Assembly: GCA_031274845.1 (NCBI GenBank) | Contig: JAISPN010000209.1 | Coordinates: forward strand, 1-39,037 | Length of the DNA stretch: 39,037 nucleotides | Source of the DNA: Acidobacteriaceae bacterium | Lineage (GTDB): Bacteria > Acidobacteriota > Vicinamibacteria > Vicinamibacterales > CAVVIG01 | Direction: 5' to 3' | Program-made: the position numbers and the translations under genes | Part shown: in pieces, positions 16,945-26,990 of the stretch | Layout: each line of letters begins with the position of its first letter | Position numbering within the stretch: the stretch's first letter is position 1 | The notes under the pieces: generated by a model | Database searches by the model: none | The model's input: the letters and a program-made list of their open reading frames with translations, nothing else | What the model was told of the DNA's origin: nothing

Positions 16945-17700
16945 ATGCCTCGCTATCCCTCGCGCGGTGGCGGCGCGATGTCGTTCGGCCCGGGTCCGGT
17001 GTCGCCAACGCTCAAGTGGCTCATCGGCATCAACATCGTCGCGTTTCTCGCAAGCTGGATCATCGGCGCCCTGGGCGTCGATCTGCGCTGGCAGCTCGGG
17101 CTCACGCCCGCGGATGTGTGGGGCCGCTTCCAGATCTGGCAGCTCGTCACCTACATGTTCCTGCACGCGGGACCGGTCCACCTGCTGTTCAACATGCTCG
17201 CGCTCTGGATGTTCGGCGCCGAGCTCGAACGGATCTGGGGCACGCGCTACTTCCTGCGCTTCTATCTGCTCACTGGAACCGGCGCGGCGCTTTTGACGGT
17301 GTTCTTCTCGATGCTGCCGTTCGAGGTCTCGATCGCGCTACGGCATTCGATTGTGATTGGCGCCTCGGGCGCGATCTACGGATTGCTGCTGGCCTACGGG
17401 TTGTACTTTCCGGATCGTCCCATCTACGTGTACTTCGTCTTTCCGATCCCCGCGAAGTACTTCGTGCTCCTCATGGGCGCGCTGGCGTTTTACTCCTCGC
17501 TGTCGGACAACAACGGCGTCGCGAACGCGACGCACCTTGGCGGCATCCTCGTCGGCTATCTGCTGCTGAAGGGCGCGCGGGTTGATCCGATCAACGAGCT
17601 CAAATATCACTACCTCCGCTGGAAGCTGGGACGCGCGCGGCGAAAGTTCGAGGTCTACTCGGGCGGACGCTCAACGGACGGCAAGTACCGCATCCATTGA
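16945..17700 (+). CDS. Rhomboid-family intramembrane serine protease
   Basis: 251-aa polytopic ORF with HAGPVHLLFNM, catalytic GASGAIYGLL (GxSG) and HLGGILVGY (His) motifs. Confidence 0.85.
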   Translation: MPRYPSRGGGAMSFGPGPVSPTLKWLIGINIVAFLASWIIGALGVDLRWQLGLTPADVWGRFQIWQLVTYMFLHAGPVHLLFNMLALWMFGAELERIWGTRYFLRFYLLTGTGAALLTVFFSMLPFEVSIALRHSIVIGASGAIYGLLLAYGLYFPDRPIYVYFVFPIPAKYFVLLMGALAFYSSLSDNNGVANATHLGGILVGYLLLKGARVDPINELKYHYLRWKLGRARRKFEVYSGGRSTDGKYRIH

Positions 17701-17713
17701 CGTAAGGACTCGG

Positions 17714-18106
17714 CTACTCGATCGTCTCGTCGACCAGATCCTGTGACGCGGCGAGCACCGTCTGACGCAATGGACTGAACACGTCGAGCTCGAACGTATC
17801 GTCGAGCGCTTCGGCCTGATGCGCGACGCCGGACGGAATGTGCAGCACCTCACCGTCGCGGACCGTCATCTCTTCGCCGCCCACCACAAACTTCAGCGCG
17901 CCCTGCAAGACATAGGTCATCTGTTCGCTGTCGTGCTGGTGCAACGGCACGAGACACCCGCGTTTCAGGTAGCTCTGCACGAGCATTTCGCGAGCGCCAG
18001 CCACGACTTTCCGCGAGCACATCTCGGTGATTTTTTCGAGCGCAATTTCGTCCCACCGATGAACGCTGACGCCGCTTTGTGCCATCGTGTCGTGAGCATA
18101 ACGCAT
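17714..18106 (-). CDS. Cupin-domain protein
   Basis: 130-aa [21 protein letters not shown]...[16 protein letters not shown] matches the two-motif cupin_2 signature. The start may instead be the internal Met at about 18085. Confidence 0.7.
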   Translation of the reverse strand: MRYAHDTMAQSGVSVHRWDEIALEKITEMCSRKVVAGAREMLVQSYLKRGCLVPLHQHDSEQMTYVLQGALKFVVGGEEMTVRDGEVLHIPSGVAHQAEALDDTFELDVFSPLRQTVLAASQDLVDETIE

Positions 18107-18116
18107 TCACCGCGGA

Positions 18117-18125
18117 TGCTATAAT
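18117..18125 (+). promoter_or_regulatory. Extended -10 promoter element TGcTATAAT, 9 nt upstream of the E1 ATG (leaderless-type transcript predicted)
   Basis: The sequence reads gaTGCTATAATtcggcgcgcATG. A consensus TATAAT sits at 18120-18125 and the ATG at 18135, with no purine-rich SD between them. The whole intergenic space is 28 nt. Confidence 0.45.
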
Positions 18126-18134
18126 TCGGCGCGC

Positions 18135-20285
18135 ATGAAGGGCACCGTCCTGAGCGGATCCCGCTCGCACGTGACCGCTCCAGTCCCGACCGATCCATCG
18201 TTCGAAGGGCTCTCCGCCGACGCGCTACTCGACGCCTATCGCTGCATGGTGCGATCGCGCAAAGTGGACGATCGCGAGATTCAGCTCAAGAACCAGAGTC
18301 AGGCGTTCTTCCAAATCAGCGGCGCCGGTCACGAAGCGATCCTCGTCGCCGCCGGCATGACGCTCAAGGCGGGCTACGACTGGTTCCATCCGTATTACCG
18401 CGACCGCGCGCTCGCGCTCCAGCTCGGCATGACGCCGTACGAAATGCTGCTGGCCGCCGTCGGCGCCGCCGACGAGCCGAGCAACGGCGGACGGCAGATG
18501 CCGTCGCACTGGGGACGCCGCGACTTGCACCTCGTGCCGGGATCGAGTGCGACGGCGACGCAGGTGCTCCACGCGGTCGGCGCGGCCGAAGCCGCGCTGC
18601 TCTACGAGCGCCTCGGCGACATCCCCGATCGCGCGACGCACTATCACGGTGACGAAGTCGTGTACACGTCGCTCGGCGAAGGCTCGACGAGCGAAGGCGA
18701 GTTCTGGGAAGCGCTGAACGTCAGTTGCACGCGTCATCTGCCGGTGCTGTTTCTCGTCGAGGACAACGGCTACGCGATCTCGGTGCCGGTTGAAGTGGAA
18801 ACCGCCGGCGGCGACATCTCGCGTCTGGTGCGCGCGTTTCCGGATCTCCATATCGCCACGGTGGACGGCACCGATTTTCTCGCGAGCTATCGCGCCATGC
18901 GGGACGCCGTCGCCTACATCCGCGCGCGCAAAGGCCCCGCCTTCGTCCACGCGCACGTCGTCCGCCCCTACTCGCACTCGCTCTCCGACGATGAGAAATC
19001 GTACAAGACGGCGGAGGAACGAGAAATAGAAGCGCGGCGCGATCCGATCCGGCGCCTTGGGCAGTTTCTCATCGAACAGGAGATCGCCACCGCCACGGAT
19101 CTCGCGGCCATCAGCTCAACAATCGAACACGAAGTCGACGAAGCGGCACAGCTCGCGCTCAAAGCTCAGAAGCCGGCGAAGGACACCGTCGGGTTGTACG
19201 TATTCTCACCCGATGTGGACCCCTCCTCGGATGCGTTCGCGGTCGAACCTGTGCCCGAAGGGAATCCCGACACGATGGTCGCGGCCATCAACCGCACCTT
19301 GAAAGACGAGATGGCGCACAACCCGCGCATGGTCGTCTTCGGCGAGGACGTCGCGGATGCGAGCCGCTCGCACATTCTCAACACCGTCTCCGGCAAAGGC
19401 GGCGTCTTCAAGGTGACGCACGGCTTGCAGCGGACGTTTGGCGACGACCGCGTGTTCAACGCGCCGATTGCCGAAGCCAGCATCATCGGCCGCGCGGTCG
19501 GCATGGCGACACGCGGCATCAAACCGGTCGTCGAGATTCAATTCTTCGACTACATCTGGCCGGCGATGATGCAACTGCGCAACGAGATGTCGATGCTGCG
19601 TTACAGGTCCGGCAATCGCTGGTCGTGCCCGATGGTGGTGCGCGTGCCGATCGGCGGCTACCTGCGCGGCGGCGGACCGTATCACAGCCAGTCGGGCGAG
19701 AGCATCTTCGCGCACTGCCCGGGCATTCGCATTGTGTTTCCAAGTAACGCCGTCGACGCGGCAGGACTGCTGCGCACCGCCATCCGCTGCGACGATCCGG
19801 TGCTGTTCCTCGAACACAAACACCTGTACCGCCAGACCTACAACAAGGGCGCGTACCCCGGAAAAGACTTCACGATCCCGTTCGGGAAAGCCAGCGTGCG
19901 CCGCGAAGGCACGCAAGCCGTTGTCGTCACCTGGGGCGCGCTGGTGCAACGTTCGCTGCTGGCGGCGCAGAACGCGGAGCGTCACGGCGTGCATGTCGCG
20001 GTCGTCGATTTGAGAACCATCGTGCCGTACGACTGGGACACAATCGCGTCGTTCGTCAAACGGACCAACCGCCTCATCATCGCGCACGAAGATCAACTGA
20101 CGTGCGGCTTCGGCGCCGAGATTGCCGCGCGCGTCTCCGGCGAGCTGTTCGAATATCTCGACGCGCCGATTAAACGCGTGGCATCGCTCGACACGCCGGT
20201 CGCCTACGCGCCGGAGCTTGAGGAAGCGATCCTGCCGCAGTCGAACGACATCCTCGACGCGATTCTCGAAACCGTCCGCTACTAA
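18135..20285 (+). CDS. 2-oxoacid dehydrogenase E1 component, fused alpha/beta subunits (TPP-dependent)
   Basis: 716-aa ORF. The N-half is E1-alpha-like ([18 protein letters not shown] motif [15 protein letters not shown]...VEDNGYAIS). The C-half is E1-beta/transketolase-like ([13 protein letters not shown]-terminal domain). Confidence 0.9.
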   Translation: MKGTVLSGSRSHVTAPVPTDPSFEGLSADALLDAYRCMVRSRKVDDREIQLKNQSQAFFQISGAGHEAILVAAGMTLKAGYDWFHPYYRDRALALQLGMTPYEMLLAAVGAADEPSNGGRQMPSHWGRRDLHLVPGSSATATQVLHAVGAAEAALLYERLGDIPDRATHYHGDEVVYTSLGEGSTSEGEFWEALNVSCTRHLPVLFLVEDNGYAISVPVEVETAGGDISRLVRAFPDLHIATVDGTDFLASYRAMRDAVAYIRARKGPAFVHAHVVRPYSHSLSDDEKSYKTAEEREIEARRDPIRRLGQFLIEQEIATATDLAAISSTIEHEVDEAAQLALKAQKPAKDTVGLYVFSPDVDPSSDAFAVEPVPEGNPDTMVAAINRTLKDEMAHNPRMVVFGEDVADASRSHILNTVSGKGGVFKVTHGLQRTFGDDRVFNAPIAEASIIGRAVGMATRGIKPVVEIQFFDYIWPAMMQLRNEMSMLRYRSGNRWSCPMVVRVPIGGYLRGGGPYHSQSGESIFAHCPGIRIVFPSNAVDAAGLLRTAIRCDDPVLFLEHKHLYRQTYNKGAYPGKDFTIPFGKASVRREGTQAVVVTWGALVQRSLLAAQNAERHGVHVAVVDLRTIVPYDWDTIASFVKRTNRLIIAHEDQLTCGFGAEIAARVSGELFEYLDAPIKRVASLDTPVAYAPELEEAILPQSNDILDAILETVRY

Positions 20286-20296
20286 CCACATCCGTT

Positions 20297-22573
20297 ATGT
20301 CTCGTCTGCGACCCGTGCGTGCTGTCGCAATTCTTGGCGCCGGAACCATGGGCGCGCAGATTGCCGCTCACTTCGCCAACGCCGGTATCCCGGCGCTGCT
20401 CCTCGATCTCACCGCGGACATCGCAAAGCAAGGGCTCGCCCGCGCCCGCGCGCTCAAACCAGATCCGTTCTTCACGGCGTCGACGCTGCGCCTCATCTCC
20501 ACCGGTGGATTCGACACCGATCTCGATCGCATTCGCACCGCCGACTGGGTGCTCGAAGCCATCGTCGAGAACCTCGACGTCAAGCGCGCGCTCTTCTCGC
20601 GGATCGAGCCGCTGCTTGCCGACGACGCGATCGTGTCGTCGAACACATCGGGAATTCCGATCGGCGCGCTCGCGGACGGACAAAGCGAACAGTTCCAGCG
20701 GCAGTTTCTCGGCACCCACTTCTTCAACCCGCCGCGCTATCTGCGCCTGCTCGAGCTCATCCCCACCGCCGCGACACATCCTGATGTCCTCGCGCGCGTC
20801 AGCTGGTGCGCCGAACATCGGCTCGGCAAAGGCGTCGTGGTTGCGAAGGACGCGCCCGGATTCATCGCCAATCGCATTGGACTCTACGGCGTCGCCGAAG
20901 CGCTGCGCGCGCTCGAACATGGCGAGTACACCGTCGAAGAGATCGATGCGATCACCGGCCCGGCGATTGGCCGGCCGAAAAGCGCGACGTTCCGCACGAT
21001 GGACATCGCCGGCATCGACATCCTGAAACACGTCGCGGGCGATCTGGCGGCGCGGCTCACCGACGCCGAATCGGCGCGCGCGTACACGCTGCCGCCGATC
21101 GTCACCCAACTCGTCGAACGCGGATGGGTCGGCGAAAAAACCGGCAAAGGTTTCTACACGCGTGATGGCGCCAACATCCTCGCGCTCGATCCCGCCACGA
21201 TGTCGTATCGAGAGCGGCAAGCGGTGCGCATCCCGTCACTCGACCGTGGCGGTGAATCCGCCGCTGAACGGGTCAAGGCGATGTTCTCCGCTCGTGACAA
21301 GGCTGGCGCGTTTCTACGTGCGACGCTCTCGCCGCTCCTGCTGTACACGGCTGAGATCGCCGACACGATCTCCGATTCGATCGACGACATCGATCGCGCG
21401 ATGCAGTGGGGATTCGGCTGGCAACTGGGACCGTTCCAGCTCTGGGATGCGATCGGCATCGACGCGGTTCTCGACGCCGCGACGCCGGCGCGCGTGCCTA
21501 CACTCATCGAGCAACTGCGCGCCGAAGGACGATCCACCATCCGTGGCGACCGTGAATTACCGGCGAGCGTTTCTCTGCAAATCCTTCCCGCCGCCGACGC
21601 GCGCGCGCGCATCGTGAAAAAGAATCCGTCGGCGAGTCTGGTCGATCTGGGCGACGACGTCCTTGGCGTGGCGTTGCACTCGAAGCTGAACGTCGTCGGC
21701 GAAGATGTGCTGCAGATGCTTCACGCTGGCGTCGCCGAAGCCTCGCGCAATTACGCCGCGCTCGTCATCGGCACCGACGCGGCTGACTTCTCCGCGGGCG
21801 CCAACCTGATGCTGCTTCTGATGGAAGCGCGCGACGGCAACTGGGACGAGATCGATCTGATGGTGCGCCGCTTCCAACAAGCGACATCGAGCCTGCGCTA
21901 CGCGGATGTGCCGGTCGTCGTGGCCGCCACGGGGCTGACGCTCGGCGGCGGCTGCGAGATCTCCCTGCACGGCGCCGCGATTCAGGCGGCGGCGGAAACC
22001 TACATCGGCCTCGTCGAAGTGGGCGTCGGCCTCGTGCCCGCGGGGGGCGGCGCCAAAGAGCTCGTCGCGCGCGCGTCGGCCAGTAACGCAGGCATCCGGC
22101 CTGACCCGCTACGCGCCGCTGAAGCAATCTTTCAAACCATCGGGTTTGCAAAGGTCTCGACCAGCGGCACACAGGCGCGAGAACTTGGACTGCTGCGCGA
22201 ATCGGATCGCGTCACGATGAACCGCGATCATTTGATCGCGGACGCCAAAGCGACCGCCTTGTCGCTCGCGCGCGCGGGCTATCAGCGTCCAGTGCCGCCG
22301 CAGATCCTCGTTGGCGGCGAGAGCGTCGAAGCCGCGCTTAAACTCGGTGTTCATCTGGCGCTTCGTGGCGGACGGATCTCTGAACACGACGCGCGCATCG
22401 GCCGCAAACTGGCGCACATCATCGCGGGCGGATCGCTGCCGCACGCGACGACGGTGTCCGAATCACATCTCCTCGATCTCGAACGCGAAGCGTTCCTCGC
22501 GCTCTGCGGCGAAGCCAAAACGCTCGAGCGGATTCAGTACACGCTCAAGACAGGAAAGACGCTGAGAAACTGA
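20297..22573 (+). CDS. 3-hydroxyacyl-CoA dehydrogenase with a C-terminal crotonase-like domain (FadN-type organisation)
   Basis: 758-aa ORF with an N-terminal NAD fold (VAILGAGTMGAQIAAHFANAG), a HAD C-domain, then an enoyl-CoA hydratase-like region (GTDAADFSAGANLMLL). It starts 11 nt after the E1 stop. Confidence 0.9.
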   Translation: MSRLRPVRAVAILGAGTMGAQIAAHFANAGIPALLLDLTADIAKQGLARARALKPDPFFTASTLRLISTGGFDTDLDRIRTADWVLEAIVENLDVKRALFSRIEPLLADDAIVSSNTSGIPIGALADGQSEQFQRQFLGTHFFNPPRYLRLLELIPTAATHPDVLARVSWCAEHRLGKGVVVAKDAPGFIANRIGLYGVAEALRALEHGEYTVEEIDAITGPAIGRPKSATFRTMDIAGIDILKHVAGDLAARLTDAESARAYTLPPIVTQLVERGWVGEKTGKGFYTRDGANILALDPATMSYRERQAVRIPSLDRGGESAAERVKAMFSARDKAGAFLRATLSPLLLYTAEIADTISDSIDDIDRAMQWGFGWQLGPFQLWDAIGIDAVLDAATPARVPTLIEQLRAEGRSTIRGDRELPASVSLQILPAADARARIVKKNPSASLVDLGDDVLGVALHSKLNVVGEDVLQMLHAGVAEASRNYAALVIGTDAADFSAGANLMLLLMEARDGNWDEIDLMVRRFQQATSSLRYADVPVVVAATGLTLGGGCEISLHGAAIQAAAETYIGLVEVGVGLVPAGGGAKELVARASASNAGIRPDPLRAAEAIFQTIGFAKVSTSGTQARELGLLRESDRVTMNRDHLIADAKATALSLARAGYQRPVPPQILVGGESVEAALKLGVHLALRGGRISEHDARIGRKLAHIIAGGSLPHATTVSESHLLDLEREAFLALCGEAKTLERIQYTLKTGKTLRN

Positions 22574-23379
22574 TGCGAATCGTCGATCAGGGACACGGCG
22601 TGCCGATCGTGCTGATTCCCGGCATTCAAGGCCGGTGGGAATACATGCGGCCAGCGGTCGATGCGCTTGCCGTCCACTTCCGCGTCGTGACGTTTTCGCT
22701 GTGCGACGAGCCGCAGTCCGGCCTGAGGTTCGACTCCGCGCTGGGCATGGACGCCTACGCCAACCAGGTCATGGCCGCGCTCGACGCCTGCGGCCTCCGT
22801 CGCGCCATCATCTGCGGCGTCTCGTTTGGCGGACTGATTGCGCTACGATGCGCGGCGCGGCATCCGGATCGATCGTCGGCGCTGATTCTGGCGTCGACGC
22901 CCGGACCACGATGGCACATCGAGCCGAAGCACGAGCGGTATTCGAAGCGGCCGTGGCTCTTTGGACCGCTCTTCCTTGCTGAATCCCCGTCGCGGCTCCG
23001 CGAGGAAATCGCCATCGCGATCCCGGACCGCGAGACGCGACGCCGCTTCATGCGCGCGCAGGTAAAGACGCTCGTCACCGCGCCGCTGTCGCCAAGTCGA
23101 CTCGCCTCGCGCGCACGGCTCATCGGCGCGTACGATCGCGTCGCCGATGCCGCGAGAGTCACCTGTCCAACGCTCGTCCTGCACGGTGAGCCCCATCTCG
23201 ATCACGTCGTGCCGGTGGCCGGCTCGACCGAGTACGCGCAATTGATTCCCGGCACCCGGGTGGAACGTCTGCCCGAGACCGGGCACCTTGGGACCGTGAC
23301 GCGTCCCGAACTCTTTGCTCGCGCGGTTCGGCAATTTGCCGAATCGGCGCACCACCACACTCATGACAGCGCTGCGTGA
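22573..23379 (+). CDS. Alpha/beta-fold hydrolase (MhpC/BioH-like)
   Basis: 268-aa ORF with a GVSFGG nucleophile elbow and a C-terminal ETGHLG histidine. TGATG overlap with the upstream gene. Confidence 0.8.
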   Translation: MRIVDQGHGVPIVLIPGIQGRWEYMRPAVDALAVHFRVVTFSLCDEPQSGLRFDSALGMDAYANQVMAALDACGLRRAIICGVSFGGLIALRCAARHPDRSSALILASTPGPRWHIEPKHERYSKRPWLFGPLFLAESPSRLREEIAIAIPDRETRRRFMRAQVKTLVTAPLSPSRLASRARLIGAYDRVADAARVTCPTLVLHGEPHLDHVVPVAGSTEYAQLIPGTRVERLPETGHLGTVTRPELFARAVRQFAESAHHHTHDSAA

Positions 23380-24037
23380 AATTCCCGGCCCGGCGGGCCG
23401 ACTTGAAACCCTGCTCGACGAACCACGCCGTGATGCGGGCGTCTCGCCCGATGGGCTCGTCCATCACGGCGTAGTCACCGGCATCCGCGCGGCGGTCGTC
23501 TTTGGCCATCCGCATCCGCAATTCGGCGGCACGATGCACACGAAGGCGACGTATCAAGCGGCGAAGGCGCTCGCGCGGATCGGCTGCGCGGTCTTGCGCT
23601 TCAACTTCCGCGGCTGCGGATTGAGCGACGGATCGTTCGACGAGGGCGTTGGCGAACGCGCCGATTTCATCGCGGCGCTCGACTTCATGCACGCGCGCTA
23701 TCCCGAGGTTCCGCTCTGGGCGGCCGGTATGTCGTTTGGATCGTGGGTCGGCCTCACGGCCGGCGCGCACGATCCGCGCGTGTCGCTCCTGCTGGGCGTC
23801 GCCGCGCCCGTCAACAAATACGACTACAGCGCGGTGGCCGCCAGCGAGAAACCAAAGTTTTTCATTCACGGCGAACGTGACGAGATCTGTTCCCTGCACG
23901 AGATCCGCGAGTTCTACTCGCGCGCCGCCGAACCCAAGGAACTGGCGGTCATCGACGCCGCCGATCATCTCTTCGGCGGCAAGGTGAGCGAGGTCGCCGA
24001 CGCCGTTGAAGATCTGCTGGGAGATTGGAACGCCTGA
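23363..24037 (+). CDS. Alpha/beta-fold hydrolase, COG2945-like
   Basis: I prefer ATG 23363 (MTALREIPGPAGRLETLL...) over the listed start at 23315. Motifs: HPHPQFGGTMH, LRFNFRGCGLSDG, nucleophile elbow GMSFGS, HGERDE, DHLF. It overlaps the previous gene by 17 nt. Confidence 0.75.
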   Translation: MTALREIPGPAGRLETLLDEPRRDAGVSPDGLVHHGVVTGIRAAVVFGHPHPQFGGTMHTKATYQAAKALARIGCAVLRFNFRGCGLSDGSFDEGVGERADFIAALDFMHARYPEVPLWAAGMSFGSWVGLTAGAHDPRVSLLLGVAAPVNKYDYSAVAASEKPKFFIHGERDEICSLHEIREFYSRAAEPKELAVIDAADHLFGGKVSEVADAVEDLLGDWNA

Positions 24038-25206
24038 TGGACGAAGTGGTGATCGTAGCCGCGGCGAGAACACCGGTCGGCAAAGCGCCACACGGCGCAC
24101 TGCGCGGCGCTAGACCTGACGATCTTGCCGCCACCGTGATTGACGCCGTGCTCACGCGCGCGAGCGCCATCGCCCCCGGTGATGTGGACGATGTGGTGCT
24201 GGGGTGCGCGATGCCTGAAGCCGAACAAGGCCTCAACGTCGCGCGCATCGCGAGCCTTCGCGCGGGCGTGCCGGTGTCGGCATCCGCGATGACGATCAAC
24301 CGCTTCTGCGCCTCAGGCCTGCAAGCGATTGCCACGGCCGCGGACAGCATCCGCCTTGGACGCGCGCGCGTCGCCATTGCCGGAGGCACCGAGTCGATGA
24401 GCCTTATTCCGATGGGCGGTCACACGGTCGCGCCGAATCCCACGCTCATCGATCGCTATCCAGACGTGTATCTCAGCACCGGCCTTGTCGCCGAAACGCA
24501 CGCGCGCGAAGCAAACATCTCGCGCGACGAGCAGGATGCGTTCGCGCTGCGCAGCCACGAGCGCGCGATTCGCGCGATCGACGCGCATCTCTTCGACGAC
24601 GAAATCGTACCGGTCGCATCGAGAACCATCGCCGCTGGCACATCGACGATCGTCGAGACGATGCTGACGACCGACGAGGGGCCGCGACGCGATACCTCGC
24701 GCGACGCGCTGGCGAAATTGCGGCCGGCCTTCCGCGTGGATGGCAGCGTCACCGCCGGCAACTCGTCGCAAACAAGCGACGGCGCGGCCGCCGTGCTACT
24801 GACCTCCGCAACCGTCGCGCGCGAACAGGGTCTGGCACCGCTCGGCCGGTTTGTCGCGTACGCCGTCGCTGGCGTCGAACCGGAACGCTTCGGCCTCGGG
24901 CCTGTCCCCGCCATCCGCAAAGTGCTCGCGTGTGCCGGTCTCACGCTCGACGACATCGATCTCGTCGAGTTGAACGAAGCATTCGCGGCGCAGGTGCTCG
25001 CGTGCCTGCGAGAATTGCCGATCGATCCAGATCGATTGAACGTCAACGGCGGCGCCATCGCGCTCGGTCATCCGCTCGGCTGCACCGGCGCGCGTCTCAC
25101 GACGTCGCTACTCTACGAACTGAAGCGCCGGCACGGGCGCTACGGGATCGTGACGATGTGCGTGGGCGGCGGGATGGGGGCGGCGGGTATTTTCGAGAGA
25201 CTCTGA
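24037..25206 (+). CDS. Acetyl-CoA C-acyltransferase (3-ketoacyl-CoA thiolase)
   Basis: ATG 24037 in a TGATG overlap gives MDEVVIVAAARTPVGKA. Motifs: NRFCASGLQA (active-site Cys), NEAFAAQ, GHPLGCTGAR. Confidence 0.93.
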   Translation: MDEVVIVAAARTPVGKAPHGALRGARPDDLAATVIDAVLTRASAIAPGDVDDVVLGCAMPEAEQGLNVARIASLRAGVPVSASAMTINRFCASGLQAIATAADSIRLGRARVAIAGGTESMSLIPMGGHTVAPNPTLIDRYPDVYLSTGLVAETHAREANISRDEQDAFALRSHERAIRAIDAHLFDDEIVPVASRTIAAGTSTIVETMLTTDEGPRRDTSRDALAKLRPAFRVDGSVTAGNSSQTSDGAAAVLLTSATVAREQGLAPLGRFVAYAVAGVEPERFGLGPVPAIRKVLACAGLTLDDIDLVELNEAFAAQVLACLRELPIDPDRLNVNGGAIALGHPLGCTGARLTTSLLYELKRRHGRYGIVTMCVGGGMGAAGIFERL

Positions 25207-26990
25207 TGACGAACACCGACACACGTCTTCTTCGCGGCGGCGAATGGCTGCTCGCTTCGTCCACGCCTGCGGCCATCTTCACGCCGGAACAGCTCACGCC
25301 GGAACATCGGCTGATCGGCGACACGGTCGCGGCGTTCGTCAAAGAGCAAGTGCTTCCCAATCTCGACGCGCTCGAAGCGAAGGACTGGGCGCTGTCGCGG
25401 ACGTTGATTAGCCGCTGCGGCGAACTTGGACTCATCGGCGTCGATGTGCCCGAGGAATACGACGGCCTGCAACTCGACAAGACGACGTCGATGATCGTCA
25501 GCGAGCAGATGGCATCCGCCGCGTCGTTTGGTCCCACCTTTGGCGCGCAGACGAATCTTGCCGTCCTGCCGCTCGTGCTGTTTGGCACCACTGAACAGAA
25601 GCAGCGCTATCTACCCTCGCTCGTCTCGGGAACACTCGTCGGCGCGTACTGCCTCAGCGAATCCGGCTCCGGATCGGATGCGCTTGGCGCCCGCGCGCGC
25701 GCGATCCGTCAGCCGGACGGCAGCTTCGTGTTGAGCGGCGAGAAGATGTGGATCACAAACGGCGGCTTTGCCGATCTCTACATCGTGTTCGCAAAGGTCG
25801 ACGCGAACCCGGGCTCAACCTCCGGCCCGCTCTTCAGCGCCTTCATCGTCGAACGGGCGTTTCCCGGTGTGTCGAGCGGCGCCGAAGAACACAAGATGGG
25901 GCTGCACGGCTCGTCGACGACCCCGGTCATTCTTCAGGATGTGCGCGTGCCCGCCGCGAATCTGCTCGGCGAGGTCGGCAAGGGACACAAGATCGCGTTC
26001 AACGTGCTCAACTTCGCGCGGTTCAAGCTTGGCGCGATGTGCGTGGGCGGCGCGCGTCACGCGATTGGCGAAGCCGCGCGCTACGCGCGCGAGCGGCATC
26101 AGTTCGGGCAACCGATTGCGTCGTTTGGCGCCATCAAGCACAAGCTCGGCGAGATGGTCGCGCGCACCTACGCGGCTGAAAGCCTCACCTACCGGACGAT
26201 CGGCCAGATCGATGCGCGCGTGGCGGGCGCCACAGGTGATGCGGAAGCCGCGGCCGCGCTTGCGGCGTTTGAGGAGTACGCCGTTGAAGCGTCGATTGCG
26301 AAAGTGGCCGGCAGCGAGACGCTCGATTTCGTGCTCGACGAGAACATCCAGATTCACGGCGGCAACGGATTCGTGCGCGACTACCCGGCCGAACGTCATT
26401 ACCGCGACGCGCGCGTAAACCGCATCTTCGAAGGCACGAACGAGATCAATCGCCTGCTGATTCCGGGGATGCTCGCGCGCCGCGCCATGAAGGGCGACAT
26501 CGCGATCATCGCGGCGGCCAAGGCGCTGCAGGACGAACTGCTTGGCGGCGGGAACGCGCCATCACCAATCGACGATCCGCTCGAAGAGAGCGCGCGCGTA
26601 GTGACGGCGCTGAAGAAAACATCACTGCTCGTGCTGGGGCTGGCGATGCAAACGTATCGGGAGCGGCTGACCGACGAGCAGGAAGTGCTGATCCATCTCG
26701 CCGACATGCTGATCGACACCTACGCCGCCGACAGCGCCGTGCTGCGCGCGCAGGCGGCCGGCGCCCGGCAGCCTCTCCACGCGATTGCCGCGCGCGTCTT
26801 CGTCAACGACGCCGCGCAACGCGTGGAAATCGCGGCTCGTCAAGCGCTCGCCACCATCAGCGAAGGCGATCTGCTGCGAACGAGCCTCGCCGCGCTGAAG
26901 CGCCTGCTGCGGCACACACCCGTGAACGCCACGGCGCTCCGCCGGGAACTTGCCGACGCCGCCGTCGCCAAAGGTGGTTGGCCGTTGTAG
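25206..26990 (+). CDS. Acyl-CoA dehydrogenase, long (about 594 aa) FadE-type
   Basis: ATG 25206 in a TGATG overlap gives MTNTDTRLLRGGEWLL. The listed ORF start at 24930 is a readthrough inside the thiolase gene. ACAD motifs: YCLSESGSGSDA, GEKMWITNG, IHGGNGFVRDYP. Confidence 0.9.
   Translation: MTNTDTRLLRGGEWLLASSTPAAIFTPEQLTPEHRLIGDTVAAFVKEQVLPNLDALEAKDWALSRTLISRCGELGLIGVDVPEEYDGLQLDKTTSMIVSEQMASAASFGPTFGAQTNLAVLPLVLFGTTEQKQRYLPSLVSGTLVGAYCLSESGSGSDALGARARAIRQPDGSFVLSGEKMWITNGGFADLYIVFAKVDANPGSTSGPLFSAFIVERAFPGVSSGAEEHKMGLHGSSTTPVILQDVRVPAANLLGEVGKGHKIAFNVLNFARFKLGAMCVGGARHAIGEAARYARERHQFGQPIASFGAIKHKLGEMVARTYAAESLTYRTIGQIDARVAGATGDAEAAAALAAFEEYAVEASIAKVAGSETLDFVLDENIQIHGGNGFVRDYPAERHYRDARVNRIFEGTNEINRLLIPGMLARRAMKGDIAIIAAAKALQDELLGGGNAPSPIDDPLEESARVVTALKKTSLLVLGLAMQTYRERLTDEQEVLIHLADMLIDTYAADSAVLRAQAAGARQPLHAIAARVFVNDAAQRVEIAARQALATISEGDLLRTSLAALKRLLRHTPVNATALRRELADAAVAKGGWPL

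Noticed and set aside
24930-25205. N-terminal extensions suggested by the ORF track: 24930 for the acyl-CoA dehydrogenase, 14843 for the SDR, 23315 for hydrolase 2, 24025 for the thiolase, 29400 for HAD, and 37179 for def.
   Set aside because: In each case a start codon in a stop/start overlap (TGATG, ATGA, GTGA), or lying just after the upstream stop, gives the canonical family N-terminus. The extension lies inside the upstream gene and is Arg-rich nonsense.
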